A stretch of 64,000 nucleotides of DNA from Patescibacteria group bacterium. Lineage in GTDB: Bacteria; Patescibacteriota; Minisyncoccia; Phycocordibacterales; Phycocordibacteraceae. The notes beneath the pieces were generated by a model. It searched no databases and was not told where the DNA came from. It saw nothing but the letters and a program-made list of their open reading frames with translations. The stretch covers positions 280,934-344,933 of the forward strand of contig JBBTSZ010000002.1 of NCBI GenBank assembly GCA_038064495.1, given 5' to 3'. Below, in pieces: positions 9,912 to 19,945 of this stretch. A program made the translations under genes and the position numbers. Position 1 is the first letter of the stretch. Every line of letters starts with the position of its first letter.

Positions 9912-10418
9912 ATGGATCACGACGAAATGAAACAGGAATTCCTTGCCGTATACGACCAGTATGCTGACGATATCTTTCGATATTGTGTCCTTAAAGTATC
10001 AGGTCGAACGGTGGCGGAGGACCTCACTCAGGAGGTATTTATGCGGTACTGGCAGCAACTCCGCAAAGGTACTTCAATCGTGAATGGTCGCGCGCTCCTC
10101 TATGCCATGGCACGCAACCTCATTATTGACTGGTATCGTAGAAAGAAAGAACAGTCACTTGAGGTATTAACCGAGGAAGGCTACCAATTCCCAAGCAATG
10201 ACGAGGGAACGATAGAACAACATGCACAGCTCCGCGAAGTGCTCGACGTAATCAAAGACTTGGACGAGACCTCACGCGAAGCACTGACCCTTCGCTTCGT
10301 AGAAGGGTTTTCGCCGAAAGAAATAGCCGCCCTTTCAGGAGAATCAGCGAATGCCGTTTCCGTACGTATCAACCGTGCTCTCAAAAAAGTGCAAGACCAC
10401 CTACACACCCATGACTAA
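9912..10418 (+). CDS. ECF RNA polymerase sigma factor
   Basis: AEDLTQEVF, ARNLIIDWYRR, region 4 GFSPKEIA...VSVRINRA. Confidence 0.93.
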   Translation: MDHDEMKQEFLAVYDQYADDIFRYCVLKVSGRTVAEDLTQEVFMRYWQQLRKGTSIVNGRALLYAMARNLIIDWYRRKKEQSLEVLTEEGYQFPSNDEGTIEQHAQLREVLDVIKDLDETSREALTLRFVEGFSPKEIAALSGESANAVSVRINRALKKVQDHLHTHD

Positions 10419-11376
10419 CACCACCCAATTTCTCAAGCGACTGAAGGACGTCCGTCTTTCAGATAACGAGCGCCTTCGTATGCGTGAGCATATTTCGCTA
10501 TACGCCGATGAGCACGCGGTTCATGGCGATACCGAGGAGTTCAGCTATGACCAGCCATTTTTCCTACTCGCCTTTTTTTCAAACAAACGTTTTTCTACCT
10601 ACGTGGGGGCATTACTCATCGTTGCAACGTTTGGTGGCACCGTCACGCTTGCTGCGGAAGGTGCGGTTCCCGGTACCGTGTTCTACCCAGTTAAAATTCA
10701 TGTGAACGAACCGGTGATGACGGCTCTTGCGCCAACCGAAGAAGGGCAGGCGCGCGTTGCGTCACGCCTTGCAACGCGCCGTGCGGACGAGGTAGTGAAG
10801 CTTGCACTTGAAGGAAAACTGACCGACGAACACGAAGCATATCTCACCAAAGCATTTGATACACAAATTGAGAAAGCGACAGCGAAAGCAGATAAACTTG
10901 CACAATCAGGAGACAGTACGGCGTCCGCACAGGTGAAAGAAGAGCTCACCACGCAACTTGCTGGAGAGGCGCAAGCACTTGGAGCTGTTCGATCTACCGG
11001 AGGCACACAAGACAAGGGAGCAGAGCGATTCCTTTCAGTCATCATCGCCCGTTCTGAGAGTATCTCAGGCGTACCTGAGTTCTTTGAAGGTGAGAATACC
11101 GATGAAGAAGAACCTCGCACGGCGCTGCTAAAAACAACGGCACGTTCAAAGTCTGCAAGTACGACAAAAGCAAAGACAGAAAAACTTGATGAAAAACATA
11201 TTCAAAAAACAGTATTTCCTAAACGACTCCAAGTGACCGCAAGCACGACCCTGCGTGTACGACTTGAAGGTACAGCGCTCCAGCTACCAAAGACGGACTC
11301 AGCACTCAACTATCACCAAGAAACGCATGAAGATGAGGAGCACCTCAACGCCAATTTCAACGAACTTCTTCGGTAA
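10411..11376 (+). CDS. DUF5667-like putative anti-sigma factor
   Basis: Overlaps sigma stop; TM then AEGAVPGTVFYPVK motif. Confidence 0.7.
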   Translation: MTNTTQFLKRLKDVRLSDNERLRMREHISLYADEHAVHGDTEEFSYDQPFFLLAFFSNKRFSTYVGALLIVATFGGTVTLAAEGAVPGTVFYPVKIHVNEPVMTALAPTEEGQARVASRLATRRADEVVKLALEGKLTDEHEAYLTKAFDTQIEKATAKADKLAQSGDSTASAQVKEELTTQLAGEAQALGAVRSTGGTQDKGAERFLSVIIARSESISGVPEFFEGENTDEEEPRTALLKTTARSKSASTTKAKTEKLDEKHIQKTVFPKRLQVTASTTLRVRLEGTALQLPKTDSALNYHQETHEDEEHLNANFNELLR

Positions 11377-11418
11377 TAGTTCGTAGGGCAGTACGGCTTC
11401 GAAGGATATACTAGAAAT

Positions 11419-12099
11419 ATGGAACGCCCCACACTCATCATCCTCATTACCTCTCTCGTGGTGATTGGTGGCGGAGTAGCCACCTATCTTGTCTTTTCGC
11501 ATAAGGCAGTTGCACCAGCGCCTACGCAAGGCACCTTAAACAGTCAGGATTTACAAGGCCAAGCACTCTTCACTGATGGTGAATACGGTTTTTCGCTTCG
11601 CTATCCAGAGAAATACGAAACCAGTTTCAATTTTGCCTCGTACTATCACCTTCCGTCGTATTGGCGCGCAAACGCACTTCCTGAAGCAACGGGTACACCC
11701 ATCCTCGCCATTGTTGGCTATCGACTTCAAAGTGAGCACTCTTATCCTCGCTATTATGATGCGGAAGTGCGGGTGAGTGCGTCAAAAGACCCGAAGGAGG
11801 TAGCTCGGTGTGAAAAAGCTGCGAGCGAACAGGGAGAAAAGCAATTACCGGATGCCGTGATTGGTGGAACGACGTTCAAAGTCTTCTCTTTCCAGGATGC
11901 TGCTGCTATGCAATATGTGAAAGGCGTGAGTTACCGGACAGTGCATGAGGGAGCCTGTGTCGTGCTTGAGCAACTCGCGACCGGTTCAAATTATCGTGAC
12001 GATCCGAAAAGCTCTGAGGATATTTCTGACGACGTACTTACGTCAAAATATGATGCACTAAATGCCATCATTCCCACGTTTGCGTTTGCGCATCCATAA
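11419..12099 (+). CDS. Membrane-anchored extracellular protein (PsbP-like)
   Basis: N-terminal TM, YGFSLRYP motif, C-terminal IIPTFAF. Confidence 0.55.
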   Translation: MERPTLIILITSLVVIGGGVATYLVFSHKAVAPAPTQGTLNSQDLQGQALFTDGEYGFSLRYPEKYETSFNFASYYHLPSYWRANALPEATGTPILAIVGYRLQSEHSYPRYYDAEVRVSASKDPKEVARCEKAASEQGEKQLPDAVIGGTTFKVFSFQDAAAMQYVKGVSYRTVHEGACVVLEQLATGSNYRDDPKSSEDISDDVLTSKYDALNAIIPTFAFAHP

Positions 12100-12139
12100 C
12101 CACGAACGGGTCGTGGTTTTGATTTGATATACTGGGCTG

Positions 12140-13198
12140 ATGCTAAACAAAATATTTGCGGGATTACTCATACTCACTCCACTCACACTTGTCGTGGAGT
12201 ATCTTGGTTTCTCTCCCCTCACCGTATTTCTCATGGCAGCGGTCGCGATTATTCCGCTCGCAAAATATATCGGAGACGCCACTGAAGACTTGGCAGTACG
12301 CACGAATCCCGCTATTGGAGGGCTTTTGAATGCAACATTTGGAAATGCGACAGAACTGATTGTTAGTATCTTTGCTATTCAGGCAGGACTCGTAGAAGTG
12401 GCCAAAGCTTCTATCACCGGTGCCATTCTCGGCAACCTTCTTTTTGTACTCGGTACCGCCATGTTACTTGGCGGCAGGAATAGGGAACGACAACACTTCA
12501 ATACGACCGCCGCAAAAGCCGCGTGTTCCATGCTCCTTCTCGCTACCACCGCACTCGTGGTGCCGGCTATTTTTCTTGCGACCGCAGGAGACCAGCATCT
12601 GAACGACGTCGGCCTCCTTTCGGTTGTTGTGTCGTTCCTCATGATTATTGCGTACGGCGCAAACCTCTACTTCACACTCCACACCCACAAGCACCTCTAC
12701 GAAGGTGAGTTAGAAGATGAGAAAGCCATTGCACCCAAGTGGAGTGTAAGAAAAGGCGTGAGTGTGTTGCTTGCCTCTACGATTGCGGTGTCGGTGCTTT
12801 CTGAGGTGCTCGTGAGCGCGGTGCGCCCGGTTGTCGCAGAGTTTGGGTGGACTGAGCTCTTCATCGGAGTCGTGATTGTTGCCATTGTAGGTAACGTTGC
12901 TGAACATTTGTCCGCCGTAACCGCAGCAATAAAGAACAAGATGGATTTGTCACTTCAAATAGCGATTGGTTCAGCAACGCAGATTGTCATGTTCGTTGCA
13001 CCGGTGCTCGTGCTCACGAGCCTCTTCATTGGTGAACCAATGAACCTCGTGTTCAGCACGTTCGAGCTTGCAACGATTATCTTCGCAGTCTTTGTTACAA
13101 ACGCCGTTGTGGAAGATGGAGAAAGTACCTGGTTTGAAGGTTTCCAATTGTTAGTTGCGTACGTGATTATGGCGGTTGCTTTTTTCTTCCATCCGTAA
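12140..13198 (+). CDS. cax: Ca2+/H+ antiporter (CaCA/Cax)
   Basis: GLLNATFGNATE and IVGNVAEH alpha-repeats; ~11 TM. Confidence 0.92.
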   Translation: MLNKIFAGLLILTPLTLVVEYLGFSPLTVFLMAAVAIIPLAKYIGDATEDLAVRTNPAIGGLLNATFGNATELIVSIFAIQAGLVEVAKASITGAILGNLLFVLGTAMLLGGRNRERQHFNTTAAKAACSMLLLATTALVVPAIFLATAGDQHLNDVGLLSVVVSFLMIIAYGANLYFTLHTHKHLYEGELEDEKAIAPKWSVRKGVSVLLASTIAVSVLSEVLVSAVRPVVAEFGWTELFIGVVIVAIVGNVAEHLSAVTAAIKNKMDLSLQIAIGSATQIVMFVAPVLVLTSLFIGEPMNLVFSTFELATIIFAVFVTNAVVEDGESTWFEGFQLLVAYVIMAVAFFFHP

Positions 13199-13266
13199 TG
13201 CACAGCATTGCTTCCAGCTACTCTTCACAGCGGTATACTGTACGAATTAGTAATTAGCGTCATTCC

Positions 13267-13599
13267 ATGACCTTCATCCATTGGCTCATCACTGCCGTAG
13301 CAATTTTGATTGCGGCGTATCTTATCCCGGGTGTTTCCGTAACCCTTGTCGGTGCACTCGTACTCGCCATTGTGCTCGGAATTATCAATATGTTTTTCAA
13401 ACCCATCATCACGCTTTTAACGCTTCCCATTAATATACTCACGCTCGGCATATTTTCGCTCGTGGTGAATGCACTCCTCATCATGTTGTCCGCCATCATT
13501 GTTCCGGACTTCTCTGTTGATGGCTTCTGGACCGCGCTTCTCTTCTCCATCGTCGTTTCGCTCGTCACTGCCTTTCTTGGCATGATGGTGCGTAAATAA
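13267..13599 (+). CDS. YvlD / phage holin-4 family membrane protein
   Basis: KPIITLLTLPINILTLGIFSLVVNA. Confidence 0.88.
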   Translation: MTFIHWLITAVAILIAAYLIPGVSVTLVGALVLAIVLGIINMFFKPIITLLTLPINILTLGIFSLVVNALLIMLSAIIVPDFSVDGFWTALLFSIVVSLVTAFLGMMVRK

Positions 13600-13624
13600 T
13601 TTTTTTGCCATTCTTGAATAGAAA

Positions 13625-13655
13625 AAGGGCCGGAGTTCATCGAACTCCGGCCCTT
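13625..13655 (-). terminator. Intrinsic terminator hairpin
   Basis: aagggccggagttc-atc-gaactccggccctt with A-tract on the left. Confidence 0.75.
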
Positions 13656-13661
13656 CAGGCG

Positions 13662-14129
13662 TTATACCGGCTCAAGGATAGCTTCCTCGCTGTCGGCTGT
13701 CACCGTATCGACATCAATCGACCGCGTGTGCTCCTGAAGCAGGGTTTTCCAGACCGCAGTCAGATGAGCATAGGCGACTCCAACATCGCCGTCCGCGTAT
13801 TCTGGCTTTCTGGCAACATAGAAACCATAGTCACCAGCTGCCTCCTGACTAAGGCAGACCCGTTCCCGCATGCAAGAGTAGGGGGTATGGTTTGCATCCA
13901 GTTCAGCAAGCACGCGGCCCCTTCGTGTATGAGTGTATGACACGTCAAGCTGCGCAAGCATGCAGGTGATAGGACAGCCGATGTCGAGTTTGTCCACGTC
14001 GATGAATTTTTGCCAACCGTTCGGCTGTGTCCGTTCGAGAAGCGCGTAACCGCGCTTCGCTGCCTGCGTGAGCTGTCCGAAGTCAACGACTGACGACATC
14101 TTGGTCGCCACTGGTATTCCGTATTTCAT
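13662..14129 (-). CDS. Hypothetical protein, tandem paralogue A
   Basis: GGGAGG SD; AAKRGYALL..GWQKFID.DKLDIG..TCMLAQL shared with paralogue B. Confidence 0.75.
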   Translation of the reverse strand: MKYGIPVATKMSSVVDFGQLTQAAKRGYALLERTQPNGWQKFIDVDKLDIGCPITCMLAQLDVSYTHTRRGRVLAELDANHTPYSCMRERVCLSQEAAGDYGFYVARKPEYADGDVGVAYAHLTAVWKTLLQEHTRSIDVDTVTADSEEAILEPV

Positions 14130-14215
14130 ACAAGCCTCCCATAAAATCTCAGGCACCATTACCCGAGTGCATCTCGGACTAACGTACACCTCCCTTGAGG
14201 AATGTAAATAGGAAA

Positions 14216-14242
14216 GGGCCGACAGTTCAGAACTGTCGGCCC
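14216..14242 (-). terminator. Hairpin/terminator
   Basis: gggccgacagttc-a-gaactgtcggccc. Confidence 0.65.
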
Positions 14243-14250
14243 CTATGGCG

Positions 14251-14682
14251 TTACGCCATTTCGAGCATGCGCTCGGACTCGGTTTCGTGTCCATCATCCG
14301 CAGCTGGTGTGAGGTCTTCTGTCAGAAGTTTCCTCCACTCTCCCGTCAAGTACTGATAGACAATTCCGTTAGGTTCGCGGGTTCCTTCGGTCGGATACCG
14401 GGAGACCGAGAAGCCGAGATCGGAACAATCCTCGTCCTTCAGGCCGAGATAGTCGCGCATAACAGCGTAACTGGGCTGTTCAGAAACCTCCTGAGTCACC
14501 GCAAGCTGGGCAAGCATGCACGTGTCCGGCCTGCCGATATTGAGCCGGTCCAGGTCGATGCCCTTCTGCCAGCCGGTCGGCATGCGCTCGTTCAGGAAAT
14601 CATGCCCACGCTTTGCTGCATTCCGAAGATACTCGCTACCGCTTACGGGCAACACATCATCATCAAGTGTTCGTAGTTTCAT
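14251..14682 (-). CDS. Hypothetical protein, tandem paralogue B
   Basis: GGGAGG SD; AAKRGHDFL..GWQKGID.DRLNIG..TCMLAQL. Confidence 0.75.
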   Translation of the reverse strand: MKLRTLDDDVLPVSGSEYLRNAAKRGHDFLNERMPTGWQKGIDLDRLNIGRPDTCMLAQLAVTQEVSEQPSYAVMRDYLGLKDEDCSDLGFSVSRYPTEGTREPNGIVYQYLTGEWRKLLTEDLTPAADDGHETESERMLEMA

Positions 14683-14795
14683 CGTTACCTCCCATGTAAA
14701 TTCGAGCACCATTGCTCGAATGCAGTCTGGCACTACGGTACTCCTACCGTTGAAAAAGTAAATCCTCAGGAGTTTGCACGGTATACTAGACCCTA

Positions 14796-17525
14796 ATGGA
14801 GGGCCCTCGTACACCACTCGCGTCAACAGAGGACGAGCTCGCATATTTGCGTGCAGAAGTGGCGCGCAAAGAGGCTGAGCTGGCTCATCTGAAAGAGCGT
14901 CCGAGCCGGGAGGAGATTGTACGTGACCGGTTGAAAGAGCATAAAGACGCAGATGCGTCGGTTCTTGCGAGTGAGTACAAGCTTCCCGCTACCGAAGTTG
15001 CGCAGGTGGTACTCAACCTTTCACCGGAGCAAAACGATGAGACCATTGCTGAGCTGCGGGCGGTTATGGAAGAAAAGGGTATTAAGAACGCGCTTACGGT
15101 GCTTGATGCACTCAATAACCCCCACCTGGAAGATGACTTTCATCGTTTCCTCGTGCAATACCTCCTTGCCGGGGTACCGGTGAAGGGGCTTGAAGAAGGA
15201 CAACCCGCGTGGAAGGCACTCCGCATGACGTTGTATGAGATTGCGCTCCCTGAGACAGATACCAAAACGGACCAAAATCAGAAAGTGAGAACGCTTAAGG
15301 AGTTGGTCTCTGCGATGGAGCAATTCTATTCAGGCATGCTCAGCGTTGAAAATGCAGTTAAGAATGAACCCCCGTATTTTACGCTTGAGCTTGCGGTTCC
15401 TGTAAATTCCCCGGTGCTGCAATTTTATGCGGCAGTTCCGAATAGCAAGCGCGATTTGTTTGAGAAACAACTCCTCGCGATTTTTCCAAACGCGCGTCTT
15501 ACCATTCAGCCAAACGATTACAATGTCTTTGTAGAAGATGGGACATCCTTTGGTGCTTTTGCAACGCTGAAAGACCGTCACATGCTTCCCCTGAAGCAGT
15601 ACGACGAATTTGATTACGATCCGATTAACTCTATTCTAAACGCGTTCGCAAAAATCTCAGCAGAAGGTGAAGGAGCGTCGCTTCAAATCGTGATTCAACC
15701 CGCAGGCAGTCACTACACGGACCATTACCGTCGTGTGTTGGCAGAACTTCGCAAAGGGGAGAACAGGTACCGAGCGTTCAATACCCCAGAGACCTTTGTG
15801 GGTGACCTCGCACGAGAAGCATTCGGACTCCTTAAGACTTCGCAGAAAGCGCTTGATCCATCCAAGGCTGACAAAGTCGCGATTGAACAGGTGGAGCGAA
15901 AAATTGGTTCACCTATCGTGGATACCAATATCCGCATTGTGGTTTCTTCCGAAGATGCTGTCCGTGCTGAATCCATACTTTCTGAACTTGAATCCTCGTT
16001 CAATCAGTTTGAAAATACGATTGGGAATCGGTTTGCATTCTATCGCGAGAAAGAGAAAGATAAGAAAAAGCTATTTCATAACTTTACCTTCCGTCTTGCC
16101 ACAAAGGGCAGCACACTTGCGCTCTCACTTCGTGAACTCACGACGGTGTACCATTTCCCACCGAAAGGTATTACGTCAACACCGCATCTGGCTCAGTCTC
16201 GCTTTTCTTCTGCACCGGCTCCTGCTGGTATGCCCTCTGACGGCATCGTGCTTGGTGTAAATGAGTACCGTACGGCAAAGACTGAAGTGCGGCTTTCTCC
16301 CGAAGACCGTCTGCGCCATATGTACGTGGTGGGGCAGACCGGTACCGGTAAAACGTCCTACATGAAGACCTTGATTGAGCAGGACATTAAAGACGGCAAC
16401 GGCGTGTGCTTCATTGACCCACACGGTAACGACATCTTGGACGTACTCGCCTCTATTCCGCCTTCGCGCTATGAGGACGTGATTTATTTTGACCCAGCGG
16501 AGATTTCTCGCCCGTTCGGGCTCAATTTGCTTGAGTACGATGAAGACCACCCGGAACAAAAGACCTTTATCGTAAACGAACTTCTCGCCATCTTCAGAAG
16601 ACTCTACGGAGACGTGCCGGAGTCTATGGGTCCTGCGTTTGAGCAGTACTTTAGGAACGCTACACTCCTCGTCATGGAAGACCCTGCAAGCGGTTCAACA
16701 CTCATGGATATTAGTCGCGTGCTTTCTAATAAACCATTCCGTGACTATAAACTAGGGAAGTCAAACAACCCGATTGTAAATCAGTTTTGGAAGGAGATTG
16801 CGACCCAAGCAGAGGGAGAAGCCTCTCTTGCAAACATCGTTCCGTATATCACTAACAAATTTGACGACTTCACCGCAAACGACTTTATGCGTCCGATTAT
16901 TGGACAACAGGAAAGTTCCTTCAAGTTCCGTGACGTGATTGATGGCAAGAAGATTTTGCTCGTGAATTTGTCCAAAGGACGTCTTGGCGAGAGGAACGCA
17001 AACCTTCTTGGACTTATCTTGGTTGGTAAGCTTTTCATGGCAGCACTGTCGCGAGCCGATAATCCACGAGGCGACTTCCCGCCGTTCTATCTCTATATTG
17101 ATGAGTTCCAAAACATTACGACCGATTCTATCCCTGGCATTTTGTCTGAAGCTCGTAAGTACAAACTCTCGCTCACCATTGCGCACCAGTTCTTGTCACA
17201 GGTAGATGAGAAAATCAGGAATGCCGTGTTTGGTAACGTCGGCTCCATGACCGTCTTCCGTGTCGGACAGGAGGATGCTGAATTCTTTGAAAAGCAATTT
17301 GCTCCGGTAGCGAGCGCATCCGACTTCACTTCCATTGAAAACTACAATGCGTACGTCAAACTGCTCGTGCACGGCGTACCGCAGAAGCCATTTACTATCC
17401 ACACACTTCCGCCAGTCGCTGGTCGCGAAGCGCAGGTGGACGATCTTCGTCAGCTTTCCTACCTGACCTATGGCCGCGACCGTAGGGCGGTGGAAGAAAA
17501 CATACGAGCGCGCTACCTTTCTTAA
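14796..17525 (+). CDS. VirD4/TraD-like type IV coupling ATPase
   Basis: RHMYVVGQTGTGKT (Walker A), FIDPHG, LYIDEFQN (Walker B), SEARKY, AHQFLSQ. Confidence 0.88.
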   Translation: MEGPRTPLASTEDELAYLRAEVARKEAELAHLKERPSREEIVRDRLKEHKDADASVLASEYKLPATEVAQVVLNLSPEQNDETIAELRAVMEEKGIKNALTVLDALNNPHLEDDFHRFLVQYLLAGVPVKGLEEGQPAWKALRMTLYEIALPETDTKTDQNQKVRTLKELVSAMEQFYSGMLSVENAVKNEPPYFTLELAVPVNSPVLQFYAAVPNSKRDLFEKQLLAIFPNARLTIQPNDYNVFVEDGTSFGAFATLKDRHMLPLKQYDEFDYDPINSILNAFAKISAEGEGASLQIVIQPAGSHYTDHYRRVLAELRKGENRYRAFNTPETFVGDLAREAFGLLKTSQKALDPSKADKVAIEQVERKIGSPIVDTNIRIVVSSEDAVRAESILSELESSFNQFENTIGNRFAFYREKEKDKKKLFHNFTFRLATKGSTLALSLRELTTVYHFPPKGITSTPHLAQSRFSSAPAPAGMPSDGIVLGVNEYRTAKTEVRLSPEDRLRHMYVVGQTGTGKTSYMKTLIEQDIKDGNGVCFIDPHGNDILDVLASIPPSRYEDVIYFDPAEISRPFGLNLLEYDEDHPEQKTFIVNELLAIFRRLYGDVPESMGPAFEQYFRNATLLVMEDPASGSTLMDISRVLSNKPFRDYKLGKSNNPIVNQFWKEIATQAEGEASLANIVPYITNKFDDFTANDFMRPIIGQQESSFKFRDVIDGKKILLVNLSKGRLGERNANLLGLILVGKLFMAALSRADNPRGDFPPFYLYIDEFQNITTDSIPGILSEARKYKLSLTIAHQFLSQVDEKIRNAVFGNVGSMTVFRVGQEDAEFFEKQFAPVASASDFTSIENYNAYVKLLVHGVPQKPFTIHTLPPVAGREAQVDDLRQLSYLTYGRDRRAVEENIRARYLS

Positions 17526-17528
17526 TCT

Positions 17529-19007
17529 ATGAAATTCGGAAGCTTTGAAATACCACCCCGCCCAACTTCTGCTGAAGGTACGGAAGATTTTGTGGAGACA
17601 CCACGTGAGAAAAAAGAAGCACTAGAAAAGGTCGTGACAAGCGCAGCAGCACGAATTGAAGCATCCGAGAGAACGAAGGACACGCTACCACTGGATTCGG
17701 TGGAGCGACTCGTCTCACCACTAACCGAAGAAAAAATCTCGGAAGCTCTTGGACGTCTGCGCGCTCGCCTGAACGCTCCAGAGGAAAAGCTTGCGAAGAC
17801 GATAACGCTACTCCCGGAAGAGGTGCAACAGGCATATACCGAGAGTACGGTTCCACAATCCGCAGAAACTTCCAAAAAAGGTCGCAGGAACATGCTACTT
17901 GCCGCAGCTGGTCTCTTTTCGCTTGGTACCGGTGCGTTGAGTGAAAAAGCAGAAGCACAGACCAATTCCACCCAACCATCCTATGAACGGCTGTTCGGAA
18001 ACCAGTCTTTTGAGGCAAAGGCATCACCCGAACACATACCAAGCCCCGATAAACTCTTTCTAGACTTACGACAGTCACTTTTTGAAAAGTACGGGAGCTT
18101 GGAACGTGCTCCAGACAAAGTGTCACAGATTATTATGACGGACCGGAATTTTGACATTGTTGTTCGCGCACTTGGTTTTATCCAAGGCAAAGAAACAGCG
18201 ACGCTTGAAGCCGGCGATCACCTTTCCATAGATACTCACGGCCAACTCCTTTTTCATTCAAAAAAAGGAACACTGGTGCTTATGACGTCTTCCCGGCTGG
18301 ACTCGTTTAAAGTGCAAAACACGTATCGTGGACCACTGCACCCTCAGTCCCAAGAAGAGTATGCCCAGGCAGAGCGAGATGAAGTGGAAACAGCATATCC
18401 CGAGGCGAAGCCAGAAAAAAAGCGAGAGGTTGCTCCTGGTGTGCCCTACGTAGGAGGACATGCACAGGACCTTCCAAAGAAGCCAAGCACACCGAAACCG
18501 CGCTCGCCTGGCCCCGACACTCCGCTGTATCCAGCAGATCCTACGCGGCCAGGTCCTATGCCAAACCGGCCTCCGGCCACTCCGCCTCCTGGGGAGTCAA
18601 TCACTGAAGATAGGGAAGCAAGGCCAAAACCAAATCCGCCGGAAGTTGGTAGTACACCACCTCCTACTCCTGAAAAAGCAACAACACCAGAAGCATTCTT
18701 TGCACCTTCCACTGCTGGTATCTATCAGGATGCTGCTGGTAATCTATTTGTACTCGGGGGGTCTATTAGCGACCGCCTTATCTTGGGCCAGGAATATCTC
18801 ACCAAAAGCGAACATCTCGGTAAAAAACTACAACTGTTTACCATTACTGAAAGTGCTGATCCGCAGACGGGAGTACCTGACGTGAGCATGTTGGTTGAGG
18901 ATGGTAGTGGAAAAGTAAATCTCCAACCCATCGTTCGCGATCCAAGAACCGGAATACCGGTCGCACCGCCGACTAAGGATGAGCTGGTACGAAAAATTGA
19001 ATCATGA
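17529..19007 (+). CDS. Pro-rich hypothetical protein with internal RR-type signal-like segment
   Basis: 492 aa; GRRNMLLAAAGLFSLG...AEAQ; long Pro-rich tract. Confidence 0.65.
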   Translation: MKFGSFEIPPRPTSAEGTEDFVETPREKKEALEKVVTSAAARIEASERTKDTLPLDSVERLVSPLTEEKISEALGRLRARLNAPEEKLAKTITLLPEEVQQAYTESTVPQSAETSKKGRRNMLLAAAGLFSLGTGALSEKAEAQTNSTQPSYERLFGNQSFEAKASPEHIPSPDKLFLDLRQSLFEKYGSLERAPDKVSQIIMTDRNFDIVVRALGFIQGKETATLEAGDHLSIDTHGQLLFHSKKGTLVLMTSSRLDSFKVQNTYRGPLHPQSQEEYAQAERDEVETAYPEAKPEKKREVAPGVPYVGGHAQDLPKKPSTPKPRSPGPDTPLYPADPTRPGPMPNRPPATPPPGESITEDREARPKPNPPEVGSTPPPTPEKATTPEAFFAPSTAGIYQDAAGNLFVLGGSISDRLILGQEYLTKSEHLGKKLQLFTITESADPQTGVPDVSMLVEDGSGKVNLQPIVRDPRTGIPVAPPTKDELVRKIES

Positions 19008-19315
19008 CCGCAACACTCACGCATCGAAAGAAACTACGTGACATCACCAATTCACTACATGGTGAACGCCTTTCCCTTGCTGAACAAGATTCACTCACTA
19101 TCCAGGTGCACTCACTCGTCTTCAGAAGTGCGCTGGTTCGTTTTCTGGAGCAGCTAGAACCGAAGGAACGCGAGCTGTATCGAGCACTTATCGCTCGTGG
19201 AGCGTCGGAAGAGGAATGCCATGATTTCCTCGCTCATCATAAGGGTGAAATGGCGCTTTGTGTGGGGAATGCCATTGACGAACTGGCGAGTGATATACTG
19301 TCCGGGACAGATTAG
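19004..19315 (+). CDS. Hypothetical protein
   Basis: ATGA overlap with upstream ORF; helical. Confidence 0.6.
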   Translation: MTATLTHRKKLRDITNSLHGERLSLAEQDSLTIQVHSLVFRSALVRFLEQLEPKERELYRALIARGASEEECHDFLAHHKGEMALCVGNAIDELASDILSGTD

Positions 19316-19330
19316 ATTAGACCATATCCT

Positions 19331-19873
19331 ATGAACATTACTGCCACTGCCGTCGCCGTCACGCTAGCGCTTGTCGTCGCGGTCGCTTTCTTGTTTTTTG
19401 GGCCCGCGATTTTCACACCGTTTCAGCCACAAACACAGCAAGCACCTGATTCACTAACTGCATCAACCACTATGGAGACAGAAGGACAAGGAGTAACGCT
19501 TGGCGAGAGTAGCCAAGGAGGAGCTCAACAACAGCCACAACAACTTCCAACCACACTTACGGTAACGGATGAGGTTGTCGGAACCGGGGCAGAAGCGAAG
19601 GCAGGGGACACCGTCACCATGAACTATGTTGGTTCACTTCCAGACGGCACCGTATTTGACGCCTCCGCAAAGCACGGTCAGGCATTCACCTTCACGCTCG
19701 GTGTTGGACAGGTGATTAGTGGTTGGGATAAGGGTATTGTTGGTATGAAAGTTGGCGGTAAGCGTAAGCTCATCATTCCACCGGATATGGCCTACGGTAA
19801 TCGTGACCTCGGTAGTATCCCACCAAACTCCACGCTCATCTTTGAAGTAGAAATGGTAAAGATTGGTTCGTAA
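19331..19873 (+). CDS. FKBP-type peptidyl-prolyl isomerase, membrane anchored
   Basis: GQVISGWDKGIVGMKVGGKRKLIIPPDMAYG, IPPNSTLIFEVE. Confidence 0.95.
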   Translation: MNITATAVAVTLALVVAVAFLFFGPAIFTPFQPQTQQAPDSLTASTTMETEGQGVTLGESSQGGAQQQPQQLPTTLTVTDEVVGTGAEAKAGDTVTMNYVGSLPDGTVFDASAKHGQAFTFTLGVGQVISGWDKGIVGMKVGGKRKLIIPPDMAYGNRDLGSIPPNSTLIFEVEMVKIGS

Positions 19874-19894
19874 GTAGCTCGCATCAGATATAGA

Positions 19895-19926
19895 AAAACC
19901 GCCGAGACATTCGTCTCGGCGGTTTT
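19895..19926. terminator. Bidirectional terminator
   Basis: aaaaccgccgagac-attc-gtctcggcggtttt between convergent genes. Confidence 0.8.
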
Positions 19927-19945
19927 CGTTGGCATGAGCCAACGA

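Noticed and set aside
13267-13599. Prophage suggested by a holin-family gene
   Set aside because: The YvlD family is commonly chromosomal; no structural, terminase or integrase genes nearby
14796-17525. Conjugative element
   Set aside because: No relaxase, VirB4 or oriT seen; such coupling proteins are typical chromosomal CPR genes
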